From contig OX597839.1 of NCBI GenBank assembly GCA_951406725.2, positions 32,922,001 through 32,986,000 on the forward strand: a stretch of DNA of 64,000 nt, written 5' to 3'. A model generated the notes under the pieces. That model was not told the origin of the DNA. It saw only the letters and a list, made by a program, of their open reading frames with translations, and did not search any database. A program made the translations under genes and the position numbers. Shown here in pieces: positions 12,376-24,904 of the stretch. Within the stretch, counting starts at the first letter, position 1; each line of letters opens with the position of its first letter. The DNA comes from Octopus vulgaris. Its lineage: Eukaryota.

Positions 12376-12761
12376 CTAGCAGTATCGCCCGGCGTTGCTC
12401 AGGTTTGTAAGGGAAATAACTATAAAGCATTTTTAGAGATTTATAGCCAAAAAACAGCAAAAAAATGGAAAAAAATGATGGTAAATTTTTTTTTTGGTAG
12501 TTAAAAAAGGTGGAGTTGCGTCCCCTACACAGTTTGTGGTTTGTGTTTCTGATTCTCGACCCCATGTCGAATTTATCGATTTTTTTCAGAACTGGAGGAA
12601 CTTTTCAAAATTTTCGCTGCGTTAGTTTTGAATTATGACATTAGGCTATGTGTGTGTCAAGTTTCATCAGAATCGGTTGAAAGCCGTGGTCAGGGTGAGG
12701 GTACAAGCAAACAGACACACAGAAACACGCACAGACAAACTGCCGTTTATATAGAGAGAGA
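12376..12761 (-). mobile_element. Non-autonomous Helitron
   Basis: Minus strand starts TC and ends CTAG after a GC-rich subterminal stretch (gcaacgccgggcgatactgctag). Inserted between A and T, no TSD, internal (ACAG)-type repeat. Confidence 0.75.
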
Positions 12762-15148
12762 TATATATAATATCAATAATAATGATAAGAATTATTCAAA
12801 GTGGCATACTAATGCTATGCCACTTTGAATAATTCTTATCATTATTATTGATATTATATATATCACACATACACGCACATATATATATATAGGTTGTGTC
12901 AAACAATAAAACTGCCCAACCCTTGCCTGCAGGGAAAAGTAGATGTTAAAACCGCGATGACAATGATGATGATAATAAGCTTTGATGTAAGAAAGCGGAC
13001 GAACATAATGCCTCAACAATTAGCTTTTGATAAAGAGTGTACTGCCCGAAATGTTAGACTCGCTGTCTTCTTCCACAGGAAAGCATTATATCCCAGTCTC
13101 AAACTGTTTATACAAATGAAGTGTTCTGGCATAAATCTATTTGAATCATTTGTAATCAGGTTGAAAAATAGGTGAATGCATAATATGGACATTCAGAAAA
13201 CACAATAGGATTATATTCTTTTATGCTTTTATGAATTTCAGCTCTAATGATGTTGCCATGCTGGAGCACCAAAGAAATAAAAATAAAAGGAAAGAAAATT
13301 AGTTATATATTACGGAAACACTGACAGTTTTTTTTTTTTTTTTTAAAATGTCTTGACTAATGACAAACAAACTTATAAGATACTAAATAAATGTTAGATG
13401 ACTAACGTAATTTAGAAACATATGTCAAAAGCTTTAGTATACCCTGTACACACCCTGGAAACAATGGACACCGAATCTAGGCTGTGTAACCCAGTTTTCA
13501 ACTGGGATCCATATAAGATTTTTAGGGATCCATCATCATCTATTTCTTTACTACCCACAAGGGGCTAAACACAGAGAGGACAAACAAGGACAGACAAACG
13601 GATTAAGTCGATTATATTGACCCCAGTGCGTGACTGGTACTTATTTAATCGACCCCGAAAGGATGAAAGGCAAAGTTGACCTCGGCGGAATTTGAACTCA
13701 GAACGTAGCGGCAGAGGAAATACTGCTAAGCATCTCGCTCAGCGTGCTAACGTTTCTGCCAGCTTCCCCCGCCTATACCATCATCATCATCATCATCATT
13801 ATTTAACATCCGTTTCTTTTTTTTTTCCATGCTGGCATGGATTGGATGTTTTGACAGGAGTTGGCAAGGCTGGAGAGCTACACCAGGCTCCTTTTGTCTG
13901 TTTTCGCCTGGTTTCTACACCTGGATGCCCTTCCAAATGCCAGCCACTTTACAATGTGTGGACTGGGTGATTTTTACCTGGCAACATCACCAGTGCTATT
14001 AAGTGGTTCTGGCATGATTACTTTTTATGTGACACCAGCACAGGTGCAGCATGCATGGCACCAGCACAGGTGCATCTTATGTGACACCAACTCAGGTGAT
14101 TTTTACATGGCACCAGTGTGACCCAACACAAACAAAATACTGTATTAAAGTTCCTCAAAAATTTGGTTTGGAGTGGCCATGTGGTAAGAAGCTGGGCGAA
14201 ATGTGTAGCCGTATTTCATCTGTCGTTACGTTCTGAGTTCAAGTTCCGCTGAGGTCAACTTTGCCTTTCATCCTTTCAGGGTATTTAAATTAAGTACCAG
14301 TTAGGCACTGGGGTCGATGTAATCGACTTAATCCCTTTGTCTGTCCTTGTTTGTCCCCTCTATGTTTAGCCCCTTGTGGGCAGTAAAGAAATAAGAAGCT
14401 TGCTTTCCAACCACATGGTTCCGGGTTCAGTCCCACTGCGTGGCACCTTGGGCAAGTGTCTTCTACTATCGCCTCGGGCCAACCAAAACCTTGTGAGTGG
14501 ATTTGGTAGATGGAAACTGAAAGAAGCCTGTCGTATGTGTGTGTATATATATATATATATATTTGTGTGTGTATGTGTTTGTGTCCCCTCCATCACTTGA
14601 CTGATGCTGGTGTGTTTACGTCCTTGTAACTTAGCAGTTCAGCAAAGGAGACAAATAGAATAAGTACTAGGCCTGCAAAGAATAAGTAGTGGGGTCGATT
14701 TCTTCGACTAAAAACCTTTTAAGGTGGTGCTCCAGCATGACCCGAGTCAAATGACTGAAACAAGTAAAAGAATAAAAGAGAATATATTGATTTTTTTCAA
14801 AAACAAACTGTACTGAGATCATATTCTCTCACCTGACATTTTCAGGTGATCCATTTTAGTCAGGAACCGTTGAGTCATGTTTGTTGTGTAAGAGTTTATA
14901 TAATAATAATAGTAATGATGATGATACAGAAATTATTGTGTATAGTGCTCAGGTGCAGTAAGTCAAAGGTGTATGGGTATGATTAATGTTAACGCTTGAA
15001 GGGAAAATATATATACTGGGAGCAAACAGTCAGAAAATACTTCAGAGAAAAACAGAAATTAATCAGAAAAGAAAAGAAAAAGTCCTGAGGAGCGGGAAGA
15101 AAGCAAATTGGAAAGATCAAAGAAACTGTTGAGAAAAATGGGACATAT

Positions 15149-15320
15149 AGGTGCAGGAGTGGCTGTGTGGTAAGTAGCTTGCTAACCAACCACATGGTTC
15201 CGGGTTCAGTCCCACTGCGTGGCATCTTGGGCAAGTGTCTTCTGCTATAGCCCTGGGCCGACCAATGCCTTGTGAGTGGATTTGGTAGACGGAAACTGAA
15301 AGAAGCCTGTCATATATATG

Positions 15321-15363
<43 letters not shown>

Positions 15364-15560
15364 TTGTCCCCCTAGCATTGCTTGACAACCGATGCTGGTG
15401 TGTTTACGTCCCCGTCACTTAGCGGTTCGGCAAAAGAAACCGATAGAATAAGTACTGGGCTTACAAAAGAATAAGTCCTGGGGTCGAGTTGCTCGATTAA
15501 AGGCGGTGCTCCAGCATGGCCGCAGTCAAATGGCTGAAACAAGTAAAATAAAGAAAAGAA
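15149..15560 (+). mobile_element. tRNA-derived CORE-like SINE, family A (full length)
   Basis: Head gagtggctgtgtggtaag...gggttcagtccc, CORE-like gtggcatcttgggcaagtg, internal TA/TG tract, tail gactgaaacaagtaaaa. Confidence 0.85.
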
Positions 15561-15602
15561 TACACCTGTGGAATATGACTCACCTGGCAGGAAAGTCTAA
15601 GG

Positions 15603-15868
15603 CAGTGGCTCCCAAAGTTCTTTGGGTTGCTGTGCCCTTGGCACCCAGGCCATATTCCTAGTGCCCTCACCACCCAGTTAACCATCACAAACAGACTCCT
15701 TTCTGAAGTAAAGACCCCTTCACAAGTAAAACTTAACCCAATGAATCTATTATTTTGTTGTTTTTACATGAATCACTGCCCCATTATCACCACACTTTTC
15801 TTTGATGTCCCCTTGGAACTTTCAACTGCCTCCAGCCGGGGGTAATACCACCCACTTTTGGAACCACT
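15603..15868. mobile_element. hAT-type MITE (related partial copy at ~5330-5570)
   Basis: TIRs cagtggctcccaaa / tttggaaccactg; degenerate 8-bp TSD gtctaagg/gtttaaag. Confidence 0.7.
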
Positions 15869-16055
15869 GGTTTAAAGTGACCTCATATGTTATATGTGTT
15901 GTTGTGCACACACACACACATTCAAGATGGAGACGAGTACCAACATTGCCATGTGACAGGCTTGAGGTTTATTGAGAAATTTCTCTCGGTATGAAACAAA
16001 TGGTAGCCCTGTTGTATGTATGTGTTTGTATGTATCTGTGTGTGTGTGTGTGTGT

Positions 16056-16101
<46 letters not shown>

Positions 16102-17958
16102 GACAGGCTTCCTTCAGTTTCCGTCAACCAAATCCACTCACAAGGTTTGGTCGGCCTCAGGCTATAGTAGAAGACACTTGCCCAAGGTGCCACGCAGTGG
16201 GACTGAATCTGGAACCATGTGGTTGGTAAGCAAGCTACTTACCACACAGCCACTCCTGCACCTACCTGCATGCATGCATACATACATACATACATACGGG
16301 CTTCTTTCAGTTTCCTTTTACCAAATCCAGCCACAAGGCTTTGGTTAGCCTGAGACAATAGTAGAAGATAATTGCCCAAGGTACCACTCAGCGAAACTGA
16401 TCCGTGGTTGGTCAGCAAGCTTCTTACTACATTGCCACTCTTGCACCTATGTTTACATTTAATGGAAATTTCAGATCTGAAATTTTGTAGGTCAGTAGAG
16501 ATCTTAAATCTAAAAAGAACATGAAAACTTTCAACCATGTTGTAAACTTGTGCCTGAAAAATTGTTCAGAAACACGAGGCATGCTATACAGGCTTGTCTG
16601 TTTGTCTTTCGAGAGCATGAAACCAATAGTGTTCAGTTGCTATAGCAATAATCTCAAACCACAATCACTTGGCAACGAAAGCAGCAACAACAACAACAAC
16701 AACAACAAACAGACAGTCAAGACTCTCCCACATAAATGAAGACTTGTAGTGAACAGTACCAGCCCCATCACCACTGCCATTGCCACCACCGTCCCTACTG
16801 TTACCCCCCCGTAATTACTACTACCACCATCACCCTTTCCCCCTCCCTACCCCAATATTTGTTAAAACTTTTGATACCTCCCCCTCTCCCTCATTTATCA
16901 ATTGTTTCTGATTTAGCTGCAAATCCAGCAGTTTTCAAGGCACAGATTATGATACGAGGTTTTGTCTAGACTCTGGACCACCGATCCAGTTTTTGACCGG
17001 AATTTTCCGTTATTGACACCAAACTCCCACTTCCACCAGGTAGACGAAAGGTTCAAGTCGACTCTGGCATGATTTGAACTCAGTGTGTCAGAATCCAGAA
17101 CCAACACTGCAGGGGATTTTTCTCTTTCAACACTCCTCACCTTTATTAACGAGAAGGTACAATAGGGTCCACTTTCTATTTACTGAGACCCTTCAATCCC
17201 TGTAGACCATGGGTTTGCAACCTGGCTCCATTATGACCCCCTGGGGGTCCATATCAGATACTTATGTGCAATAATTATTTTTTATACTCTGGTTGTGTGT
17301 TGTGTTCTTGAGCAAGACACTTTATTTCATGTTTGCTCCACGTCATTCAGCGGTAGAAATGAGTTGTAACATCATTAGTGCCAAGCTGTATCAGAGGGGA
17401 GGCTGGTATGCATGGCCAGCTACTGGTCTTCTGTAAGCAACCTTGCCCAGACTTGTGCCTTGGAAGGGAACTTTCTAGGTGCAATCCCATGGTCATTCAT
17501 GACCGAAGGGGGTCTTTACACTTAGTCATATATATATATAATTAACTCCCATGCTGGTGGCACCTAAAAAGCACTATCCAAACGTGATCGATGCCAGGGC
17601 TGCCTGACTGGCTCCTGTGCCAGTGGCACGTAAAAAGCACCATCTGAATGTGGTCGAAGCCAGTGCCCCCTGACTGGCTCCCGTGCTAGTGGCACATAAA
17701 AAGCACTATCCAAACGTGATTGATGCTAGTCACCTAACTGGCTCCTATGCCAGTGGCATGTAAAAAGCACACACTCCACTCTTGGAGTAGTTGTCATTAG
17801 GAAGGGCATCCAGCTGTAGAAACCTTACCAAATCAGATTGGAGCCTGGTGCAACCTTCTGGCTTGACAGTCCTCGGTCAAACAATCCAACCCATGCCAGC
17901 ATGGAAAACGGACGTTAAACAATGATGATATATGTATATATATGGTCAGTGGTTAGAG

Positions 17959-18177
17959 CAGTGGTTTTCAACCAGGGTTCTGCGGAACCTTAGGGTTCCG
18001 CTAGTACAGTCCAGGGGTTCCACAAGAAGTTACAAAACTGCTAAAATCGGCAGTAATTTTTAATTCTCCTGTGCAGATATTTGTGCATAAAACTATTAAA
18101 TTATTGCACAGGGGTTCCCCAAGCCAGTGGAATGTTTCCTTGGGATTCCACTCCAGCAAAAAGGTTGAAAAGCACTG
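17959..18177. mobile_element. hAT-type MITE inserted in a SINE head
   Basis: TIRs cagtggttttcaacc / ggttgaaaagcactg with perfect 8-bp TSD ggttagag. Confidence 0.9.
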
Positions 18178-18323
18178 GGTTAGAGCATCGGACTCACAAT
18201 CATGAGGTAGTGAGTTTGATTCCTGGACTGGGCTGTGTGTTGTGTTCTTGAACAAGACACTTTATTTCATGCTGCTTTGAATTAATCCTGCATTATTTAG
18301 TAGCTTCACGATTAATATAATGT

Positions 18324-18961
18324 ACAGTAATCCTTCACCATATTGTGGTTCACCTGTCATGGGTCACCTGTTGCAGTTTATTATTTAAGCTTAAGTCAGT
18401 TCCTCCATGTTGTTGCTTTGCATTTATAACAAAATAAATAAATACAAATTATAAAAATAATAAAAAATAATACAATACAGTACACTGTTTCTACTTCATG
18501 GATTTTCACCTTTCGTAGGGGCTTTTGGAACGTAATACCCGCAGGAGTGGCTGTGTGGTAAGTAGCATGTTTACCAACCACATGGTTCCGGGTTCAGTTC
18601 CACTGCGTGGCACCTTGGGCAAGTGTCTTCTACTATAGCCTCGGGCCGACCAAAGCCTTGTGAGTGGATTTGGTAGACGGAAACTGAAAGAAGCCCGTCG
18701 TATATATGTATGTATGTGTGCATGTATGTTTGTGTGTCTGTGTTTGTCCCCCTAGCATCGCTTGACAACCGATGCTGGTGTGTTTATGTCCCCGTTACTC
18801 AGCGGTTCGGCAAAAGAGACCGATAGAATAAGTACTGGGCTTACAAAAGAATAAGTCCTGGGGTTGAGTTGCTCGATTAAAGGCGGTGCTCCAGCATGGC
18901 CGCAGTCAAAATGACTGAAACAAGTAAAAGAGAGAGTAAAGAGTAATAGTTGAGGGATTAC
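18324..18961. mobile_element. Tc1/mariner (Tigger-like) MITE interrupted by a family A SINE (18540-18942)
   Basis: ta-cagtaatccttc ... gagggattaccg-ta ends. Confidence 0.65.
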
Positions 18962-20287
18962 CGTAATTGGTTATTTTTAGGTTGGCAGTGTAGGGTAAGT
19001 GTGAGAGGCCTGATCTGGCTGGTTTAAACGTAAAACAGGTTGGTGATTTGGTCAAGATATGGTCAGTCTAAATGCTAAAGGGTTAGGAGGACATTTGGGT
19101 CCTGTGAGGGATCTACATTGAGTAAAAGGGATTTTTCGAAAGAGGAACGCCATATAACTGTGGTCTTTGTCTTCAGAGATCTTTTACAACTCAATGATTC
19201 TTTAAGCATCAAATACATCTGTAGTAGTAGTAGTAGGAGGAGGAGGAAGAGGAGGAGTTGTGGTTGTAGAGAGAGACAGACAGAAAAAAGGGAAATGTCC
19301 CTTGCATTTGAAAGCTATGGAAATATTTTTAAAAAGCATTTCATTTAATTTTTCCGCAATTTAATTGTTTTTGATGCTTTACTCTAAGTTGAAAAAGTCA
19401 CAAAGACTGAAACCGGTACTAAAATGTTCTTCATGATAAAATTATCTTAGCATTTTCTACTTTGCCTTATTTTCCTTATATCTGGCTTCCCAGACCCCAG
19501 TAGAACCGTCCAACCCATGCTAGCATGGAAAACGGACGCTAAACGATGATGATGATGATGATGATGTGTGTGTGTGTGTTTATATGTGTGTGTTTGTGTA
19601 TTTATATGTATGTGTTTGTGTGTGTGTGTGTGTGTATTTATATGTATGTGTTTGTGTGTGTGTGTGTGTGTGTGTATTTATATGTATGTGTGTGTTTATA
19701 TGTATGTGTTTGTGTGTTTATATGTATGTGTTTGTGTGTGTGTGTGTATTTATATGTATGTGTGTGTGTGTTTATATGTATGTGTTTGTGTGTTTATATG
19801 TATGTATGTATGTGTTTGTACCCGACCACCACTTGACAATCAGTGTCCTTGTGTCTATGTCCCCATAACTTAGCAGTTCAACAAAACAGACCAATAAAAT
19901 AATAAGTGCCAGGCCTTAAAAGGAAATAAATACCGGGGTTGATTCCTTCCTCTAAAAATTCTTCAACGTGGTGCCCCAGCATGGCCACAGTCTAATGTTC
20001 CAAAAACAAGTAAAAGATTAAAAGACAACAGTATGATAGAACGTGTTTCAGCCATAACTCTTTGGGGGTTTTTTTCTTCTTCTCTCTTTGGCTACGTGTA
20101 TCTAAGACAACTTTATGCAATGTTTGTCTCTCTTTCTGAAGACAGCAAAGACGAGATGAGCAACTGGCCAAGATGTTCCTTTATAATGAAAATAGGCTAA
20201 TGTCTTATAGGAGGGTGTATAAATTTATTAGGATGTAGAAAATGTGTTTATGTTATTCAGAAAGGTGTATAATTTTGTCCGATTTTT

Positions 20288-20491
20288 CTCTTTTACTTGT
20301 TTCAGTCATTTGACTGCGGCCATGCTGGAGCACCGCCTTTAATCGAGCAACTCGACCCCAGGACTTATTCTTTTTGTAAGCCCAGTACTTATTCTATCGG
20401 TCTCTTTTTGCCGAACCGCTAAGTGACGGGGACGTAAACACACCAGCATCGGTTGTCAAGCAATGCTAGAGGGACAAACACAGACACACAA

Positions 20492-20533
<42 letters not shown>

Positions 20534-20695
20534 TACTGGCTTCTTTCAGTTTCCGTCTACCAAATCCACTCACAAGGCATTGGTCGGCCCGAGGCTATAG
20601 CAGAAGACACTTGCCCAAGATGCCACGCAGTGGGACTGAACCCGGAACCATGTGGTTGGTAAGCAAGCTACTTACCACACAGCCATTCCTGCGCC
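20288..20695 (-). mobile_element. SINE family A
   Basis: Reverse complement of 15149-15560. Confidence 0.9.
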
Positions 20696-21045
20696 AATTG
20701 AAGAAAATGCTTTTATATTTTAAAATGATGTATAGTTTTGTTAGAGTGTAGAAAATGTGCTTATGTTGGTCAGGGAGCTGTATAATTTTGTTCGATTGTA
20801 AAAAAAGGTTGTTTTTTTTATTTTGTTCGAAATGTTTTTTTATATAGTATTAGAGCATAGAAAATGTGCTAATGTTATTCAGGAAGGTGTATAATTTTGT
20901 TAGAGCATAAAAACAAATTCAGGAATTACAATGAGAGAAAACAAAGAAAAAAAGGTTGTGGAGCACTGGGCTACACTGTGGGGGAGGATATGGTGGAGGT
21001 GGTGTTGTTTGGTTGTGTTATAAGTATTTGAAGTTAAGTGACTAA

Positions 21046-21418
21046 TAGGCGCAGGAATGGCTGTGTGGTAAGTAGCTTGCTAACCAACCACATGGTTCCA
21101 GGCTCAGTCCCACTGCGTGGCATCTTGGGCAAGTGTCTTCTGCTATAGCCCCGGGCTGATCAATGCCTTGTGAGTGGATTTGGTAGACGGAAACTGAAAG
21201 AAGCCTGTCGTATATATGTATATGTTTGTGTATCTGTGTTTGTCCCCCTAGCATTGCTTGACAACCGATGCTGGTGTGTTTACGTCCCCGTCACTTAGCG
21301 GTTCGGCTAAGTACTGGGCTTACAAAGAATAAGTCCCGGGATCGATTTGCTCGACTAAAGGCGGTGCTCCAGCATGGCCACAGTCAAATGACTGAAACAA
21401 GTAAAAAGAGTAAAAGAA
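21046..21418 (+). mobile_element. SINE family A
   Basis: Homologous to 15149-15560, with a small internal deletion. Confidence 0.9.
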
Positions 21419-22175
21419 TAGCTGTGGAATTGGTAGTGAATAGGTGATGGTAGTGCTGCTGCTGCCGATGGGGATGTCGATAATGTTGGTGGTGGTGGTG
21501 GTGATAGTAGTGGTAGTGGTGGTGGTGGTGCTATTGTTGTTGTTGTTAAGCAACAAGGCGGGTAAGGGTGATAAGGTGATGGTCTAAGGGCTTAGGGGCG
21601 GGAGACCCCAGACCTTAGAAAAAAACAAAAAAAACTTTGGTCGTCTTGTTGTAGTCGAGGGCTCTTCGTTGACGCCTGACACCACTGGGAGGTGGCCCTC
21701 GAAGTCGCTGGGAATGGAGATCTCCAGGTCCAAATTCTTGAACGGCTACTGTGGCTCTTGGAAGCGATAGTCGTGGTGGTGGTGTTGGAGGAGGTAGCTG
21801 TTGTGTTTGTCAGTTGATGTAAAGAGTATATCACATGATTCACTACCAAAAGTTGCCAAATTTCCCTCAAAACACAGCAGTGTCAGAAAAATATATTAAA
21901 GAAAAGGAGTTTGGCTTGGGTAAACTGATTCATTAGACATGTCATTACAGCCTCAAGTCCCAGGACCCATAGGGACCAATTACCCAAATTCCTTGGCATA
22001 TAAGGGACCAAAACCACAACTCTCCCTCTGAATGGAATGCCAGTTTGCCACACATGGTTACTAATTTACAGCTGAGTGGACTGAGCAACATGGAATTGAT
22101 TTATGCAGTAACATAATGCAGTGCCCGATCCAGGAATTGAGACCACAATCTTATAATCACGTGTGCCTTCATTTA

Positions 22176-22700
22176 ATGGATAAAATCGGGTATAGCTGAA
22201 AAATGGAGACCACCTCCCTCTGTGGGATGAAGTTTGAAATAATAGACAGAGAACACGGTTGGAAAATACGAAAGCTAAAAGAAGCAGCACATATGCTAGG
22301 ACACAACAACCTCCTAAGCAGACCAAGTGCAGATATGAGTGGCATATGGGAACCAGTATTAGGGAAGGATAGAAAAATATTAAATTTATAAGCCCTAAAA
22401 TTAACTCCGTAGTTGCCCACGGGCATATGGCGCAGTGGGTAAAAGTGCGGGCTACTAAACCCAAGATTCCGAGTTCGATTCCAGGCAATGATCTGAATAA
22501 TAATAATTTACATCAAATGAGAACCCAGGTTTGAAATTTCCCCAAAGACACCTGATGAAGGCTGGAGGGTACATCAGCCGAAACATTGTGTTAACAACAA
22601 ACAAGATGAGGACAAATATCTGTCAAATGTAAATAATGTAAATAATGTAAATAAACTGTGATATATCAACCATGAAAACTAAAAGAAGCAGCACATGGTG
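22176..22700 (+). mobile_element. Penelope-like element 3' fragment: GIY-YIG C-terminus + pLTR with tRNA-like module and hammerhead
   Basis: Frameshift-corrected KSGIA..KNGDHLPLWDEV-EIIDREHGWKIRKLKEAAHMLGHNNLLSRPSADMSGIWEPVL. A box 22428-22438, B box 22471-22482, HHR 22547-22592. Partial tandem restart (ctaaaagaagcagcacat) at ~22679. Confidence 0.8.
22547..22592 (+). ncRNA. Minimal type-I hammerhead ribozyme motif
   Basis: GACAC-CTGATGA-A-GGCTG(loop)CAGCC-GAAAC-ATT-GTGTT; ATT is probably CpG decay of GTT. Confidence 0.75.
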
Positions 22701-23792
22701 GGAAAGGACCTACAAATGTTGGGATTCATAAAGGGGATGACAGGGAAGCAAGACTCCTGGTGTTAATTAAAAGTGGTTACCCTTGCATACAGGCTTGTCC
22801 TGTTGAGCATTTCTAATCTTGTGGGTCGTGAGTGTTGGTACCAGGTAAAAGCATCCGTACTGGTGCTACAAAAAAAGCACCCAGTACATTCTGTAAAGTG
22901 GTTGGTACTAGGAAGGGACCCAAACTGATGGTCAGCTCCATGCCTAACCAGAAGTCCCTTCTCAGCTTGAAAGCTAACCTGCAGTGAATGTCCCTGTCCA
23001 CAGTTTGTCTGCTATGAGTTCCTGACAGAGCTCTACACTGTACCTTTGAAATGCTTTCAAAGATATTTAAACATGAGTGCTAAATATCAAACTTTAACAA
23101 TGAAATACTGTGAAAATGCAAAACAAATTATTTTAAACAGTATGCAGGTTGATTTTTTGAAATATTTGCTTATTTGCTGTCACCGGAAAGTTCCTGTAAC
23201 AGGCTGTGGCTGATAATGTGTTAAATACTGAAATATAATCGGTATTTTCCAGGGAAAAGTTTTCCTGAGACAAAATTCTACAGCAAATGCTATTTCCCTG
23301 TTTAAGTGTGCAGACACGTTATGAATTGATGTCTGCCTCATTATTTCAATCCTCACTGCTTTGTGTACATAGAATGATTTAACAACAGCTTGGCAAGACT
23401 CTGCCCACAACCTTTCTGCTATAGGCACAAGGCCTGAAATTATGGGGGGAGGGGGTCCAGTTGATTTGATTGATCCCAGTATGCAATTGGTATGTAATTT
23501 ACTGACCGCGAAAAGATGAAAGGCAAAGTCGACCTAGATGGAATTTTAACTCAGGATGTAGCGCAGATGAAATACCGCTAAGCATTTCATTCGGTGTGCT
23601 AACCATTCTACCAGCTCAATGTTTTAAGACTTTGCACACATCACCAAATATTTTGATGATGATGACTAAGATGACGATGATGATGAGGATGATTGCAATG
23701 AAAATGATGATGATGATAATGATGAGGAAGAGAAAGATAACGATGAAGATGATGATGAGGCTGATCTTGGAAATGATGACAATGATTTTTAA

Positions 23793-24012
23793 CCCTTTTG
23801 CTACTGTATTTATTTTGAAATGCTCTGTGTTTCTTTCAGTTACTTTAAATATTACAAAGAATTTAGTAAAATAACTTAGTTATCATTCAGCTAGTGTTAG
23901 GAACATAAATTGTGACTAAGGTTTGGTGGAAGATTTTAATTCAGAACTGATGAAAACAAGACATTTGTACTCAGAGCCAGAGCTGGTTTCAGCTGGGTTG
24001 GTATTGAAAGGG
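23793..24012. mobile_element. TTAA-flanked piggyBac-like MITE
   Basis: TTAA-CCCTTT...AAAGGG-TTAA; same family at 24044-24263, 28707-28927, 63041-63250. Confidence 0.85.
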
Positions 24013-24043
24013 TTAAGAATTGTTTCTTTATTATATATTTTAA

Positions 24044-24263
24044 CCCTTTCGCTACTGTGTTTATCTTGAGATGCTCTGTGTTTCTTTCAGTTACTTTAAA
24101 TATAACAAAGAATTTAGTAAAATAACTTAGTTATCATTAAGCTAGTGTTAGGAACATAAATTGTGACTAAGATTTGGTGGAAGATTTTAATTCAAAACTT
24201 AAGAAAATAAGACATTTGTACTCAGAGCCAGAGCCGGTTTCAGCCGGGTTGGTAACAAAAGGG
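24044..24263. mobile_element. TTAA-flanked piggyBac-like MITE
   Basis: TTAA-CCCTTT...AAAGGG-TTAA. Confidence 0.85.
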
Positions 24264-24904
24264 TTAAGACTGCTTGCTCCGGGCTTAAACTGCAGGAGTT
24301 GCTCTGAGGCACAACAATATTCAAACAACAGCATGATCAAATACCTGTTGGGTGCAATTTACCCTTAATGTAAAGCACAGGTGGACTTTGGGTAGCACTG
24401 TGTCGAATGGTGTGTAACATGGCTGACCCTGGGGAATTACTGGTAGGGTGTATGTTGTACAACAGTGGTTTTTGAATATTCCACAGACGTTGGTATTGTT
24501 AATGCAATCCCTTCCGGTGGCGGGTAGATTCAGGGTGGCAAATGTGAGATAAAACTTAAGAAAATAAGACATTTGTACTCAGAGCCAGAGCCGGTTTCAG
24601 CCGGGTTGGTAACAAAAGGGTTAAGACTGCTTGCTCCGGGCTTAAACTGCAGGAGTTGCTCTGAGGCACAACAATATTCAAACAACAGCATGATCAAATA
24701 CCTGTTGGGTGCAATTTACCTAATGTAAAGCACAGGTGGACTTTGGGTAGCACTGTGTCGAATGGTGTGTAACATGGCTGACCCTGGGGAATTACTGGTA
24801 GGGTGTATGTTGTACAACAGTGGTTTTTGAATATTCCACAGACGTTGGTATTGTTAATGCAATCCCTTCCGGTGGCGGGTAGATTCAGGGTGGCAAATGT
24901 GAGA
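24194..24904. repeat. Near-identical ~357-bp tandem duplication
   Basis: aaaacttaagaaaataagac...gggtggcaaatgtgaga occurs twice (from ~24194 and ~24551). Confidence 0.92.

Noticed and set aside
22421-22493. Functional tRNA gene
   Set aside because: Acceptor stem does not pair and it lies inside a repeated element; treated as a tRNA-like module. SINE heads were likewise not called tRNAs.
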